A stretch of DNA of 64,000 nucleotides, from contig JAYWMQ010000043.1 of NCBI GenBank assembly GCA_035873375.1, positions 67,757 through 131,756 on the forward strand, given 5' to 3'. The notes under the pieces are model-generated. The model was given only the letters and a program-made list of their open reading frames with translations. It made no database searches and had not been told where the DNA came from. Origin of the DNA: Nitrospirota bacterium. GTDB lineage: Bacteria; Nitrospirota; Thermodesulfovibrionia; Thermodesulfovibrionales; JdFR-85. The translations under genes were made by a program, and so were the position numbers. This document shows positions 21,894 to 31,774 of this stretch, piece by piece. Each line of letters begins with the position of its first letter. The first letter of the stretch is position 1.

Positions 21894-23141
21894 CTATCTC
21901 TTCAGGTTTACAACCTCCTGAAGGAGGTCGTCAGTGGTCGTGATTATCCTTGAGTTTGCCTGAAAACCCCTCTGTGCAGCTATCATTTTTATAAACTCCT
22001 CTGCAAGGTCAACATTGCTCAGCTCAAGAGAGGCACTCAGTACCCTGCCGATTCCGGCTGTGCCGGGCTCTCCTATTATCGGCTGTCCTGATGAAAAGGA
22101 TTCGGCGTAGAGGTTTCTGCCTATCTTGGTCAATTCCGTTGGGGCAGTAAACTTTGCGAGGGAAAGACGGGCTACCGGTTTTGTCTGTCCGTTTGTAAAT
22201 ATCCCTGTGATGGTGCCGTCCTCTGATACGCTGAGTGTCTTGAGTGAACCGGCAGTGAAGCCGTCCTGACTGAGAAAGACCGTGGCAGAGGTGGAACCAT
22301 ACTGGCTCATGTCGGCTATGTCAAACGTGACGCTCTGTGCGCCGGTTGCACCCCAGGGAGAAAAGTCAAAGGTGGCTGTAAATTCCGGCGGGTCGGGGAT
22401 TATGAGGCCCCCGGTATCGTCAAACTGAAGGGCCTGTGTCTCAACTATGGAGTATGTAGGGGGATCGGTTGCCGGGTCGGTAACTGTAACAACGTTTGTC
22501 TCCCACTGGTTTGCGGCTGTTTTCGTGAAATATGTGGTCAGTAGATGGTCATTGCCGAGGCTGTCGTAGATCGTCAGGGAGGTGGAGAAGTTGGATGTGT
22601 CGGCCGTGTTCGTAAGGTCAAAGGGGCCTGTCACTGCATCCCTTGAGTCGAGGTTTACCGAGAATTCGGCGTTAGCTGTTGGCTGTGGTGCACTGTTGAG
22701 GGACGCAACCGAGATGTCACCTACCACACCTGTAGCACTGCCTCCTGCGTCATAGAGGTAACCCTGAACCCTCAGATTATCGGTTGTTACGAGATATCCA
22801 TCCTTGTCAAGGGTGAACTGACCGGCCCTTGTGTAAAAGTTTGTATTATCCTCCTTGACCATGAAGAACCCATCGCCGTCAATTGCCATGTCAAGTGCAC
22901 TTGCCGTTGCCTCAAAAGAACCCTGTGTGAAGAGGGGGGAGATATCACTCACTATTACGCCTCTTCCAATCTGTGAGTTGCCTGAGGTCCCTGTAATGGT
23001 CTGGCTCAGGACATCACCAAAGGCTACCCTGCTTGCCTTGAAACCAATTGTGTTCATGTTTGCAACATTGTCACCTATTACCGATAAAGAAGTCCCGTTT
23101 GCATTAAGTCCGCTTATTGCTGAAAAAAGGGCGGTTAACAT
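21894..23141 (-). CDS. flgE: Flagellar hook protein FlgE
   Basis: MLTALFSAISGLNANG... at the N-terminus and ...FQANSRIITTTDDLLQEVVNLKR at the C-terminus. GGAGG lies 8 nt upstream of ATG 23141, so this start is preferred over the track start at 23162. Confidence 0.9.
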   Translation of the reverse strand: MLTALFSAISGLNANGTSLSVIGDNVANMNTIGFKASRVAFGDVLSQTITGTSGNSQIGRGVIVSDISPLFTQGSFEATASALDMAIDGDGFFMVKEDNTNFYTRAGQFTLDKDGYLVTTDNLRVQGYLYDAGGSATGVVGDISVASLNSAPQPTANAEFSVNLDSRDAVTGPFDLTNTADTSNFSTSLTIYDSLGNDHLLTTYFTKTAANQWETNVVTVTDPATDPPTYSIVETQALQFDDTGGLIIPDPPEFTATFDFSPWGATGAQSVTFDIADMSQYGSTSATVFLSQDGFTAGSLKTLSVSEDGTITGIFTNGQTKPVARLSLAKFTAPTELTKIGRNLYAESFSSGQPIIGEPGTAGIGRVLSASLELSNVDLAEEFIKMIAAQRGFQANSRIITTTDDLLQEVVNLKR

Positions 23142-23143
23142 TT

Positions 23144-23761
23144 TTAAACACCTCCTTCCCATATTTCTTTAATCTCACCGAGGGAAACCCTCGAGTCGTT
23201 GTCAAGTTCAAGATAAGTGATACCGTCCTCAAAGCTGATGCCTGTAACCATTGACAGTGTCTCTGTGGAGACAGGCACGGAATTGCCGTTACCGTCAGCG
23301 GCAGTGAAGTTTACCGTATAGAAGCCGTCGGGGAGGGGATTGCCGTTGTTGTCCGTTCCGTCCCAGGTATATTTATTGTCACCGGCAGGCTGTTTCCCGA
23401 ATTCGATGGTTTTGACTACCTCACCAGAGGAGTTGTTGATGTTCAGGGTCATCTTTTCCACGTTCTGTGAGACCTGATAGGAGATCGCCGCAGAACCCTT
23501 CAGGTTTACACGATTGCCCTCTACCCTTACCATTTTACCCATAAGGTTTGTGGCAAGGGCATTATTAAGGGAGTCCTGATAAGAGAGGATGCCATCAAGG
23601 GTGTCTCCCATACTTATAAGTTGTTCAAGTGAACTGAACTGTGCAAGTTGTGCAGTAAAGTCGGTGCTGTCCATAGGGTTTAGCGGGCTCTGGTATCTCA
23701 GTTGGGTAGTAAATAACCTTAGGAAATCGTCCTTTCCAACTGTTCCTGTCACTGGATTCAT
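23144..23761 (-). CDS. flgD: Flagellar hook assembly/capping protein FlgD
   Basis: 205 aa. FLRLFTTQLRYQSPLNPMDSTDFTAQLAQFSSLEQ plus a FlgD Ig-like C-terminus. Confidence 0.9.
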   Translation of the reverse strand: MNPVTGTVGKDDFLRLFTTQLRYQSPLNPMDSTDFTAQLAQFSSLEQLISMGDTLDGILSYQDSLNNALATNLMGKMVRVEGNRVNLKGSAAISYQVSQNVEKMTLNINNSSGEVVKTIEFGKQPAGDNKYTWDGTDNNGNPLPDGFYTVNFTAADGNGNSVPVSTETLSMVTGISFEDGITYLELDNDSRVSLGEIKEIWEGGV

Positions 23762-23784
23762 TATCTGCCTCCTTCTGTCCTCGT

Positions 23785-25086
23785 CTATACGCGGATACTG
23801 ACCGTGTACAGACTCTGGTTACCATGATTTGATTTCTGTGGATTTATTGCTATATCCTTTATAGTCTTCTGGTTATACTGGGCCTTCATCCATTTTTTGT
23901 TGCCCCTGTTTTTCAGGAAGAGTGAAAAGCCTCCGGGAGTTAACCCCACTTTTGCAAGGCTGTCAAAGAGCTGGGGCATGTTGTTCTGCAAATCCATCAG
24001 ACTCTTTAGCTTCTCAACTCCCAACTCAGCCCTTACCTCGCCGTCATGTACAGAGACCTCGATATCTATCTTCCCGAGGCCTTCGGGCTCTATGGTGAGT
24101 TCAATGGAGGGGTTTTTATGAGTAGGAGTTGCCTTGTTTATCTGCGTGCCGGACGTTTCCGGGAGTTTTTCCGAAAGGATGGTCTCTCCTGTTTTGTGGG
24201 GGCTGGAGTTACGGTTTAAGTGTTGGGATTCTGTTTCAGGAATATCAATTTTTTGAAAAAGGAAAGAGTTTTCATTGTTAGGTCTGTTCTCCGTCCGGGA
24301 GGATATATCTGTATCTTTCCTGTTCTGGTGAAGTCCTGGTTCAAGCCCGGAAGCATCTTCAGGTGTTTTGCCATTTAGCATTGGATTGACCGAGGCCGCT
24401 TTTCCCGGTGTTGCATTGTTTTTGCCGGGTACTTCTACTTCTGTTTTCGGAGGTGTTCTTTGCCGGCCTGTGGTATTGTTGATAAGGGCTGGTTCCTCAG
24501 GGTTTGCAGGTTTAAGCTTATAGATTGCATTAGAGGCGTTCGTGCCTGGGAGTTCTTTCTGTGTCGGAAGCGATGTAGTTGTGGTTGCCTTGCCGTCCTC
24601 AGTAGTTGTTTCAGCTGAGGTTTCCTGTGCCTTATTCCCGGCCTTGCCTATAATGTTTGCCGGGTTTGGGGTATCCGTAACCCCTGTTTTGTCCTGAGAG
24701 TTTTCCCGGCCTTGGGTTGCATCAGCACCGAGGGCAGCTTTAATAATATCTGACAGTACCGGCGATTGTTTTTCTCTGATACCGGTTTGCTGCTGCCCAG
24801 TGGTGTCCGGGGTTAGAGCTATCCCCCCTGATTCAGCACTGTTCCGGCCTCCCAGAGCGTTTTCTGGGTTCGGGGTGGAGATAGTGGACATAAAAAAGGG
24901 CAGAAATACGGAGAAGGCTGTTGCTGAATCCACGCCTTTCTCTCCGGAGGAGGGGCCTTTCTTTTCAGTGTCCGACGTGCCCGGGACTATGTTTATCGAT
25001 GGAAGCAGCATTACGTCGTTATGTATAGCAAGTGATATGCCAGGCCCGGGCAGACCTTCCGGCCGGATAAAACCCTGTCTTTTCAA
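23785..25086 (-). CDS. fliK: Flagellar hook-length control protein FliK
   Basis: 433 aa. Low-complexity Pro/Thr/Asn-rich centre; C-terminal Flg_hook-type domain IELTIEPEGLGKIDIEVSVHDGEVRAELGVEK. Sits between the ylxF-like gene and flgD. Confidence 0.7.
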   Translation of the reverse strand: MKRQGFIRPEGLPGPGISLAIHNDVMLLPSINIVPGTSDTEKKGPSSGEKGVDSATAFSVFLPFFMSTISTPNPENALGGRNSAESGGIALTPDTTGQQQTGIREKQSPVLSDIIKAALGADATQGRENSQDKTGVTDTPNPANIIGKAGNKAQETSAETTTEDGKATTTTSLPTQKELPGTNASNAIYKLKPANPEEPALINNTTGRQRTPPKTEVEVPGKNNATPGKAASVNPMLNGKTPEDASGLEPGLHQNRKDTDISSRTENRPNNENSFLFQKIDIPETESQHLNRNSSPHKTGETILSEKLPETSGTQINKATPTHKNPSIELTIEPEGLGKIDIEVSVHDGEVRAELGVEKLKSLMDLQNNMPQLFDSLAKVGLTPGGFSLFLKNRGNKKWMKAQYNQKTIKDIAINPQKSNHGNQSLYTVSIRV

Positions 25087-25165
25087 TGTCTTCAGGGTTA
25101 CGGTATTGCCGGTATAAGAAGATTTTTCCTTTGGAGGGGAATTTTTTTCTCAGGGGGGGTGTTCT

Positions 25166-25660
25166 TTATCGTCTCTTTTTCATCTTTGCAATCAATTTTT
25201 CAAGTCCTGGGATCTCCGTGATCTTCTTGGTCAGCCTTGCAGCCTTTCGCGGGGCCATCATGGAGAGGATATTTGCGGCCTTTCTCGGTTTCATAAATGC
25301 AAGGACCTTTACGGCCGTCTTTTCATCAAGCTCTTCCAGCCTTATTGCCGCCTCTTCCGGCTGCATCTTCTCGTATGTCTTTACCACATGCTGAATTTTT
25401 TCTTCTTTTGTGTTGTCTATCTCTGCAAGAATCTTTTCAACTCTCTCAAGGATGGATTCGTATTCCTTTATCCTTGCCATGATATCTTTTTCCAGTTCCT
25501 GAAGTGCCTTCTCCCTTCTCTGCAGCAGCTGCTCCTTCTGATCAAGTTCAGCCCCCTTGGTTTGAAGATATTGAAGGAGATCATCCTGTGAATAAACAGG
25601 GGAGGGCGTTGCAATAATTATAATCAGCAATGATATCAGGACGAATCCAGCTTTTTTCAT
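25166..25660 (-). CDS. YlxF/MotE-like flagellar protein (MgtE-N-like repeat)
   Basis: 164 aa. Signal peptide, coiled coil, then PEEAAIRLEELDEKTAVKVLAFMKPRKAANILSMMAPRKAARL. Same position as ylxF in the Bacillus fla/che operon order. Confidence 0.6.
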   Translation of the reverse strand: MKKAGFVLISLLIIIIATPSPVYSQDDLLQYLQTKGAELDQKEQLLQRREKALQELEKDIMARIKEYESILERVEKILAEIDNTKEEKIQHVVKTYEKMQPEEAAIRLEELDEKTAVKVLAFMKPRKAANILSMMAPRKAARLTKKITEIPGLEKLIAKMKKRR

Positions 25661-26091
25661 CTCTTAATCCTTGTGGTGAATATGAAGTCGAATTCTTTCT
25701 GTTCCTTGCGGTTATTCTCCCTTGTCTCATTCAAACAGAGCTTTCCCCTGAGGTTTTCAACGAGCATCTTCTCCTTGTATGCCTCTATCAGCAGCTTCTG
25801 CGTTTCTTCAAGCTCTGCTATTTTTTTTATAATTGCCTCCCTCTGTTGGCCCATTCTTATATTCATCTGTGAGAAATAGGAATGGAAGGTCTTGAGGGAG
25901 CCGGGATCTATGATATCCTGTACCTGATGGTTTTTAAAGGTTTCAAGATTACCGGAAAGTTCTGTTTCCATGGTTTTCAGGCGTGCCTCTTCCTGATTAA
26001 TGATGCCCTGGAGACGGTTTATCTCCATTTCGATCTCTTCCTTCCGCCACTCCTTTAATTTCAGGAGGTTGTTTAATGAATCCGATTTCAT
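25657..26091 (-). CDS. fliJ: Flagellar export chaperone FliJ
   Basis: 144 aa, all coiled coil, immediately downstream of fliI with a 4-nt overlap. Confidence 0.7.
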   Translation of the reverse strand: MKSDSLNNLLKLKEWRKEEIEMEINRLQGIINQEEARLKTMETELSGNLETFKNHQVQDIIDPGSLKTFHSYFSQMNIRMGQQREAIIKKIAELEETQKLLIEAYKEKMLVENLRGKLCLNETRENNRKEQKEFDFIFTTRIKR

Positions 26092-27431
26092 AGTTCTTCT
26101 GTCTCAAACAGGAGATATAGCCCCTGAAGGCTGTCTCCCATGTCACGTCTGTCATTTATTCCCTGTTTCAGGTAGCCACGCAGTCTGTCTATCATCTTTA
26201 TGGCCCTGTCAACCTTCGGGTTTGTGCCCTCCTTGTATGCACCGATACTTATGAGGTCTTCATATTTCTTGTACGTGGAGAGGTTTTCAATAAACATCAT
26301 TGCAAGCTCCCTGTGTCTTTCGTCTACTATGTCCAGCATTACCCTGCTGACACTCCTTAATATATCAATTGCAGGGTAAACGCCCTCCATTGCAAGTTCC
26401 CTTGACAGGACTATATGTCCGTCAAGGACCGACATGGAAGCGTCTGCCACAGGGTCGGTAAGGTCATCGCCTTCAACGAGCACGGTATAGAGTCCTGTGA
26501 TGCTCCCGTTGTCTGAAGAGGTTCCGGCCCTTTCAAGCAGCCTTGGCATCAGGGTAAAGACCGAAGGAGTGTACCCCTTGGTAGTAGGTGGTTCGCCAAT
26601 GGCAAGGCCCACCTCCCTCTGTGCCATTGAGACCCTTGTCAGAGAGTCCATCATCAGGAGCACATCCATCTCCTGGTCCCTGAAATACTCTGCAATGGCC
26701 GTTGTGGTGAAGGCAGCCCTCACCTTTGCCAGGGGAGGCTCCTGGGCTGTACAGACTATCACCACTGACTTCCTCAGCCCCTCCTCTCCAAGGTCTCTCT
26801 CTATAAACTCCCTTACCTCCCTGCTCCTTTCACCGATAAGACCTATTACATTCACCGTTGCCTCGGTGTATCTTGCAATCATGCCAAGCAGCACGCTCTT
26901 GCCAACTCCGGTTCCCGCCATGATTCCCACCCTCTGACCCTTTCCGCAGGTGAGCAGTCCGTTTATGGCCCTGATACCGAGGTCGATTGGTTCTGATATC
27001 CTCTTCCTTTCAAGCGGGTTGATATGTCTTCCAAAGAGCGGATACATCCGGCCTTCAATCCTTCCTTTTCCGTCTATGGGGTTTCCGAGTGCATCTATCA
27101 CCCTGCCAACGAGGTGGGGCGATACATTTACAGAGAGCTTCCTGCCCACCGGCAGCACCCTGCTGCCCGATTTTATCCCCTGTATATCACCGACGGCCAT
27201 AAGCAGAGCCTTGTCGTCCTTAAAACCCACTACCTCAGCATCAACTATTGCCCCCCCTTCAGAGTATACCTTGCAGGCCTCTCCGATACTTGCCTTCATG
27301 CCTGTGGCCTTGAGGATAACACCGGTGATTTCAACCACCCTGCCATAGACCCGCATCGGGTCAATACTCTCGAGGCCGTTTATATATCTCTCAAGCGTTA
27401 CTGTTTCCAATCTCTTCTCCAAGGTCCTCAA
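26088..27431 (-). CDS. fliI: Flagellum-specific ATPase FliI
   Basis: 447 aa. Walker A GTGVGKSVLLG; Walker B VLLMMDSLTR. Confidence 0.95.
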   Translation of the reverse strand: MRTLEKRLETVTLERYINGLESIDPMRVYGRVVEITGVILKATGMKASIGEACKVYSEGGAIVDAEVVGFKDDKALLMAVGDIQGIKSGSRVLPVGRKLSVNVSPHLVGRVIDALGNPIDGKGRIEGRMYPLFGRHINPLERKRISEPIDLGIRAINGLLTCGKGQRVGIMAGTGVGKSVLLGMIARYTEATVNVIGLIGERSREVREFIERDLGEEGLRKSVVIVCTAQEPPLAKVRAAFTTTAIAEYFRDQEMDVLLMMDSLTRVSMAQREVGLAIGEPPTTKGYTPSVFTLMPRLLERAGTSSDNGSITGLYTVLVEGDDLTDPVADASMSVLDGHIVLSRELAMEGVYPAIDILRSVSRVMLDIVDERHRELAMMFIENLSTYKKYEDLISIGAYKEGTNPKVDRAIKMIDRLRGYLKQGINDRRDMGDSLQGLYLLFETEEL

Positions 27432-28032
27432 CCAGGTTTGTTAATTGTGATTCAAAGTCAGTGATTACCTCTTCTTCAGGTCCAACCACCAAAGGGCTGG
27501 CCAGTGGTATGGACGGGTCTGTGTTAAATCTTATCTCGGGGTGTATGGCAAGCAGTTCAGGTTTGTGATTTGAGATGAGTTCTTTAAGGGCAGGGTTTAT
27601 CTTTATTGTTATTGTCCCTGTTCTCTCTATTTTTTCCATTGCAGCCTTTATGAGGTTGATTATTATTTCAGGGTTTTGTCTGATTTCATCCCTGAGTATC
27701 TTTTTTGCCATAGCCACTGACAGGGCAAAGACCTGTGGTTGTGCTTCCGTCATGACCTTTTTTTTCAGCTCCGTCATCTCTGTGAGGATATCCTCAAGCC
27801 TCTCCAGAAGCATCAATGCCTTTTCCTCTCCAACTGTGTAGCCGGCCTGTTCACCTGCACTGAAACCTTTTTCATATGCAGTTCTTTCAATCACAGCTAT
27901 GTCCTGGTTGAAATTCTCCTCTGTGATGCCGCGGTGTTTATGCTCAAGGGACGGCATGCCGAATTCCGTGATGTTCCGATCCCGAAGGACTTTGGCTTTA
28001 GACAATGAGTTCCTCCTCTCCCTTGCCGGCAA
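27391..28032 (-). CDS. fliH: Flagellar assembly protein FliH
   Basis: 213 aa. ERTAYEKGFSAGEQAGY motif. Sits between fliG and fliI with overlapping ends. Confidence 0.75.
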   Translation of the reverse strand: MPARERRNSLSKAKVLRDRNITEFGMPSLEHKHRGITEENFNQDIAVIERTAYEKGFSAGEQAGYTVGEEKALMLLERLEDILTEMTELKKKVMTEAQPQVFALSVAMAKKILRDEIRQNPEIIINLIKAAMEKIERTGTITIKINPALKELISNHKPELLAIHPEIRFNTDPSIPLASPLVVGPEEEVITDFESQLTNLVEDLGEEIGNSNA

Positions 28033-28984
28033 TAATAATCTTGCCTTCCTCTTCCAGTTTCCGTGCCGCCTTTACAATGTTCTGCTGGGCTGTTTCAACA
28101 TCCGAGACCCTTACAGGTCCCATGGATTCGATCTCTTCTTTAAGTATCTGTACTGCCCGTTTGGACATATTCCCGAAAATCTTGCCTTTGACTTCGTCTG
28201 ATGCGGTTTTCAGTGCGAGTGCAAGGTCATTTGTGCTGATCTCCTTGAGTATTGCCTGCATACCCCTGTCATCAATCGAGGCAAGGTCATCAAATACAAA
28301 CATCAGGGACCTTATGGATTCAGCCCTTGAGGGTTCCTGTTCTTCTATCAGCTCCAGGATCGTCTGTTCCGTCTCCTTGGCGGCATTATTGAGGATGTCT
28401 GCCACTGTTTTTACTCCGTCAACCTTTCTTCCCCTGGATTCACCAATGCTGAGCTGTGTTTTCAGAACCTCTTCGATCTCCTTTAAAGCCTCTTCAGGTA
28501 TTTTTTCCAGGTTTGCAATCCTCATTGCAACGTCACCCTTAAGGTGCTCCGGCAATTCTGAAAGCACCTCCGCCGACTTTTTTGGTTCAAGCAGTGACAA
28601 TACAAAGGCCGTGGTCTGGGGATGCTCACCGGAGAGGAATTTCACAATAAGGCGCGTATCTACCGTGTTGAGCTTCTCTATGGGATTGGCACGCCTGGCA
28701 GACTCAATGACTTCTTCTGCATTTTCATCACCCAACCCCCTGTAGAGGATTCTTTTTACATAATCCTCTCCTCCTATGGCGACAACCTTTTCATCGATAC
28801 TCTTCTTTATCTCATCCAGCACTGTCTGCATCTCTTCTTTCTTCAGTGTTTTTAACTCTGAAAGTGCAGAGGTTATTTTTTCGATAGTCTTCTTGTCAAG
28901 TGCCTTGAGTATCTCGGACGCTGTTTCCTCTCCTACATAGCTGAGCATGATAGCTGCCTTTTCATGACCTTTCAGGGTAGGCAT
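27998..28984 (-). CDS. fliG: Flagellar motor switch protein FliG
   Basis: 328 aa. EHPQTTAFVLSLL; MFVFDDL; C-terminal torque-helix region. Confidence 0.93.
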   Translation of the reverse strand: MPTLKGHEKAAIMLSYVGEETASEILKALDKKTIEKITSALSELKTLKKEEMQTVLDEIKKSIDEKVVAIGGEDYVKRILYRGLGDENAEEVIESARRANPIEKLNTVDTRLIVKFLSGEHPQTTAFVLSLLEPKKSAEVLSELPEHLKGDVAMRIANLEKIPEEALKEIEEVLKTQLSIGESRGRKVDGVKTVADILNNAAKETEQTILELIEEQEPSRAESIRSLMFVFDDLASIDDRGMQAILKEISTNDLALALKTASDEVKGKIFGNMSKRAVQILKEEIESMGPVRVSDVETAQQNIVKAARKLEEEGKIIIAGKGEEELIV

Positions 28985-30502
28985 TTATTTGCTTCCCGTC
29001 CATTTTTTTATGAGTGTAGCAGCCTGTTGGGGATTGTTTCTGGCCCATTCAACTATCTCGTCCCGGGGTATCTCCCTGAGAGCCGGTTTCCCCTCGAGTT
29101 CCGGTGTGAGGGTCTGGGTGGGGGATGATGGAGGAGGAGTGGATTGCTGTTTGAGATAGGCAAGCAGAGGTCTTATGAGGAACAGTAAGACAAGGATCGA
29201 CAGTATAAGTATTGTGCCGTAACGTGCTGCCGGCATAATGTATTTTGTATAATCCACCTGCTCCGGTGTTTCAAGGACCTCCGGTTGTGCATGAAAGGGC
29301 ATATTTATAACCTTCACCTCGTCACCCCTCTCCTCTGAATATCCTACGGTCTTCTTGATAATCTCTTCGTAACTCTTAAGGTCCTCTTCTGACCGGGCCA
29401 CATATTTTATCTCCCCTGATTTCTCGTCCTTAAGGTATGTTCCGTCGACCAGAACTGCAACCGTCAGGCGTTTTATTGTCCCTGTGGGTTTTATAACATG
29501 ACTTACAGTCTTGCTGATTTCATAGTTTACTGTTTCCGTCTGTTTTCTCAATCCCGTTTTGTTGGCAGCGGACCTTCCAACACGTTTGTTGGGCAGGTTT
29601 GACTGTACCCCCGGCACCCCGGCAACCATCCCTCCGGTCTTTTGTTCCGTTAATTTTTGCTGACTTCTGACAACCTGTCCATCAGGGTCATAGGTCTCCT
29701 GAGTCTCTTCCGTCCTTGTAAAGTCTATGCTCATACTCGCCTTTGCCTTTACCTTGTCCTTGCCCACAACGGGTTCGATGATGCTGATAATTCTCTTCTC
29801 CATGTCCATCTCAAGCCCTTTTTGGTAATCACGCTGGGTATTGTTAATCTGAAGGCCTTCGTCCTCTTCGGTGGTGAGAACGTTGCCCCTGTTGTCCACA
29901 ATAGTTACGTTGTTCGGAGTGAGCGATTCCACGCTGCCTGAAACAAGGTGTACAATTCCCCGAATCTGAGACCTGCTCAAAGTTACACCGGGACGGAGCT
30001 TGAGTAGGACAGATGCCTTTGGTTGCTCGTCTGTGCTGGTAAATATTGATCTTTCCGGCATGGAGAGGTGCACCCTGCAGTCGGAGACCTCCTGCAGAGA
30101 CCGTATGGTCCTTGAGAGCTCTCCCTGCAAGGCCCTTTTCAGGTTCACCTTCTGGACAAATTCGGTTGTGCCGAGCCCCGTTTTATCAAATATCTCGTAT
30201 CCCATGCTTCCACCCTGAGGTAACCCCATGGCAGCGAGCTGGATCCTCACTTCGTAAACCTTGTCGGAGGGTACAAGGATGCCTGAGGGGGTTGTCTTGT
30301 AAGGTATCTTCATCTCCTTCAGTTTTTGCACCATGAGTCCGGCATCCTCTGCCCGGAGGTTTGAATAAAGCATCTGGTACTCTGGTTTTTGTGCCCATGT
30401 GATCAGTAGCACTATTGAGGCAATTGTGAGTACAAGGAGGATGGACAATGTAATCTTCCTCTTTGTATCCCACTTGTTGACAATATCCAGTATATTCGCC
30501 AT
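28985..30502 (-). CDS. fliF: Flagellar MS-ring protein FliF
   Basis: 505 aa. N-terminal TM, YscJ/FliF domain (LQGELSRTI..., RVHLSMPE), C-terminal TM. Confidence 0.92.
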   Translation of the reverse strand: MANILDIVNKWDTKRKITLSILLVLTIASIVLLITWAQKPEYQMLYSNLRAEDAGLMVQKLKEMKIPYKTTPSGILVPSDKVYEVRIQLAAMGLPQGGSMGYEIFDKTGLGTTEFVQKVNLKRALQGELSRTIRSLQEVSDCRVHLSMPERSIFTSTDEQPKASVLLKLRPGVTLSRSQIRGIVHLVSGSVESLTPNNVTIVDNRGNVLTTEEDEGLQINNTQRDYQKGLEMDMEKRIISIIEPVVGKDKVKAKASMSIDFTRTEETQETYDPDGQVVRSQQKLTEQKTGGMVAGVPGVQSNLPNKRVGRSAANKTGLRKQTETVNYEISKTVSHVIKPTGTIKRLTVAVLVDGTYLKDEKSGEIKYVARSEEDLKSYEEIIKKTVGYSEERGDEVKVINMPFHAQPEVLETPEQVDYTKYIMPAARYGTILILSILVLLFLIRPLLAYLKQQSTPPPSSPTQTLTPELEGKPALREIPRDEIVEWARNNPQQAATLIKKWTGSK

Positions 30503-30507
30503 GTATC

Positions 30508-30819
30508 TCAGACCTGCATCCGCATTATCTCTTCATAGGCTGTCACAAGCTTGTTTCTCACCTCGAGCATCACCTGAAAAGAGAGATCAGCCTTTTGCAT
30601 GGCAACCATGGTTTCGACTATGTCTCCTCCTCCATTGCCGATCTCTGCAATTGCCTTCTCCGTCTCTTTCTGCAGGGAGGCCACCTTCCCGATGGTCTCA
30701 TCAAGAAGGATTTCAAAACTCCCTCCGGTCTTGTCTTCGCCGGAAGGTTTAAGATTTCCTGCTATATTGCCTATTCCTTCCGCCCCCGGGGGGCTTCCGT
30801 TGACTGGATTAACTGACAT
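30508..30819 (-). CDS. fliE: Flagellar hook-basal body complex protein FliE
   Basis: 103 aa. C-terminal ADLSFQVMLEVRNKLVTAYEEIMRMQV. Confidence 0.85.
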   Translation of the reverse strand: MSVNPVNGSPPGAEGIGNIAGNLKPSGEDKTGGSFEILLDETIGKVASLQKETEKAIAEIGNGGGDIVETMVAMQKADLSFQVMLEVRNKLVTAYEEIMRMQV

Positions 30820-30857
30820 TTTTTATACCTCCGGATTCATCATTCATTGTTAGACGC

Positions 30858-31265
30858 TTATCTCCCCAATTCAAGTGCCTTCAGATACATTGATTTTGTT
30901 ATGTTGAAGGCATTTACATTAGCTTCATACACCCTCGTTGCCATCATCATGTTAACCATCTCCTCAATCAGGTTTATATCAGGCATAAGCACATAGCCCT
31001 TATCATCTGCATCCGGGTGGCTGGGGTCGTAAACTGCCTTGGGCGGCGTGTTGGAGGTCACAACATCGGATATCCCGACACCTTCGAGCCTTCCCTCCTC
31101 ATCAAGCATGTAGGAGCTGAAGACCACATCCCTCCTCCTGTAAGGACCACCCTCGGGTGTTCTTGTGGTGTTCAGATTTGCCATATTGGAGGCAATGGTA
31201 TTCATTCTTTGCTTCTGTGCAACGAGTGCTGATGCACTCACATCAAATGCCTTCAGGATATTCAT
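30858..31265 (-). CDS. flgC: Flagellar basal-body rod protein FlgC
   Basis: 135 aa. SASALVAQKQRMNTIASNMANLNTT...; EEMVNMMMATRVYEANV. Confidence 0.93.
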   Translation of the reverse strand: MNILKAFDVSASALVAQKQRMNTIASNMANLNTTRTPEGGPYRRRDVVFSSYMLDEEGRLEGVGISDVVTSNTPPKAVYDPSHPDADDKGYVLMPDINLIEEMVNMMMATRVYEANVNAFNITKSMYLKALELGR

Positions 31266-31268
31266 GGT

Positions 31269-31637
31269 CTACCTCCCGCTAATAAGATTTCTATACATTT
31301 TAAACCTGTCATTGATAAGTCTAAGGGTCGTCTGGTAGAGGAGGGCGTTTTCAGTAATCTTTGCCATCTCGACATCCTCCTCTACATTATTTCCGTCAAG
31401 CCATGGAGATTCGGTATCCATCGTCAGCTCGGTATCCCCCCTGATCTCAAGTGCCCTGATGTGGGTAGGAGATGTGTTTTTAAGCCTCAGCCTCTCCTCG
31501 TCAAAAACGGACTCGAATTTTATGTCCTTAGCCCTGTACTGCGGTGTGTCGCTGTTTGCGAGATTGCTCAGGAGTACACTGTGCCTCTGCATGGTGAACT
31601 TTATCATCTCCTCAAGTCTCTTAAGTGTGAAGTCCAT
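31269..31637 (-). CDS. flgB: Flagellar basal-body rod protein FlgB
   Basis: 122 aa. RHSVLLSNLANSDTPQYRAKD; first gene of the operon. Confidence 0.9.
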   Translation of the reverse strand: MDFTLKRLEEMIKFTMQRHSVLLSNLANSDTPQYRAKDIKFESVFDEERLRLKNTSPTHIRALEIRGDTELTMDTESPWLDGNNVEEDVEMAKITENALLYQTTLRLINDRFKMYRNLISGR

Positions 31638-31671
31638 AGTAACCTCCTGTTATCTTTAACCTGATTAGAGC

Positions 31672-31687
31672 AGCAAGTTTCATGCCG
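31672..31687 (-). promoter_or_regulatory. Sigma-54 (-24/-12) promoter of the flgB operon
   Basis: The minus strand reads CGGCATGAAACTTGCT, against consensus TGGCACG-N4-TTGCW, with exact GG/GC spacing. It lies about 35 nt upstream of the flgB ATG. Confidence 0.65.
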
Positions 31688-31774
31688 TGGCAATTATCCT
31701 TTGCTCTACGTTATCTCTGTGTCAGGGTAGAGCTGATTTTTACCCGGAGAGGAAATTTTTTCCTCCCTCCGGAA

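Noticed and set aside
28005-28745. 246-aa plus-strand ORF within the flagellar operon
   Set aside because: Antisense to fliG and Ser-rich low complexity. The same applies to 26497-27464 (antisense to fliI) and 23897-25394 (antisense to fliK and ylxF-like).
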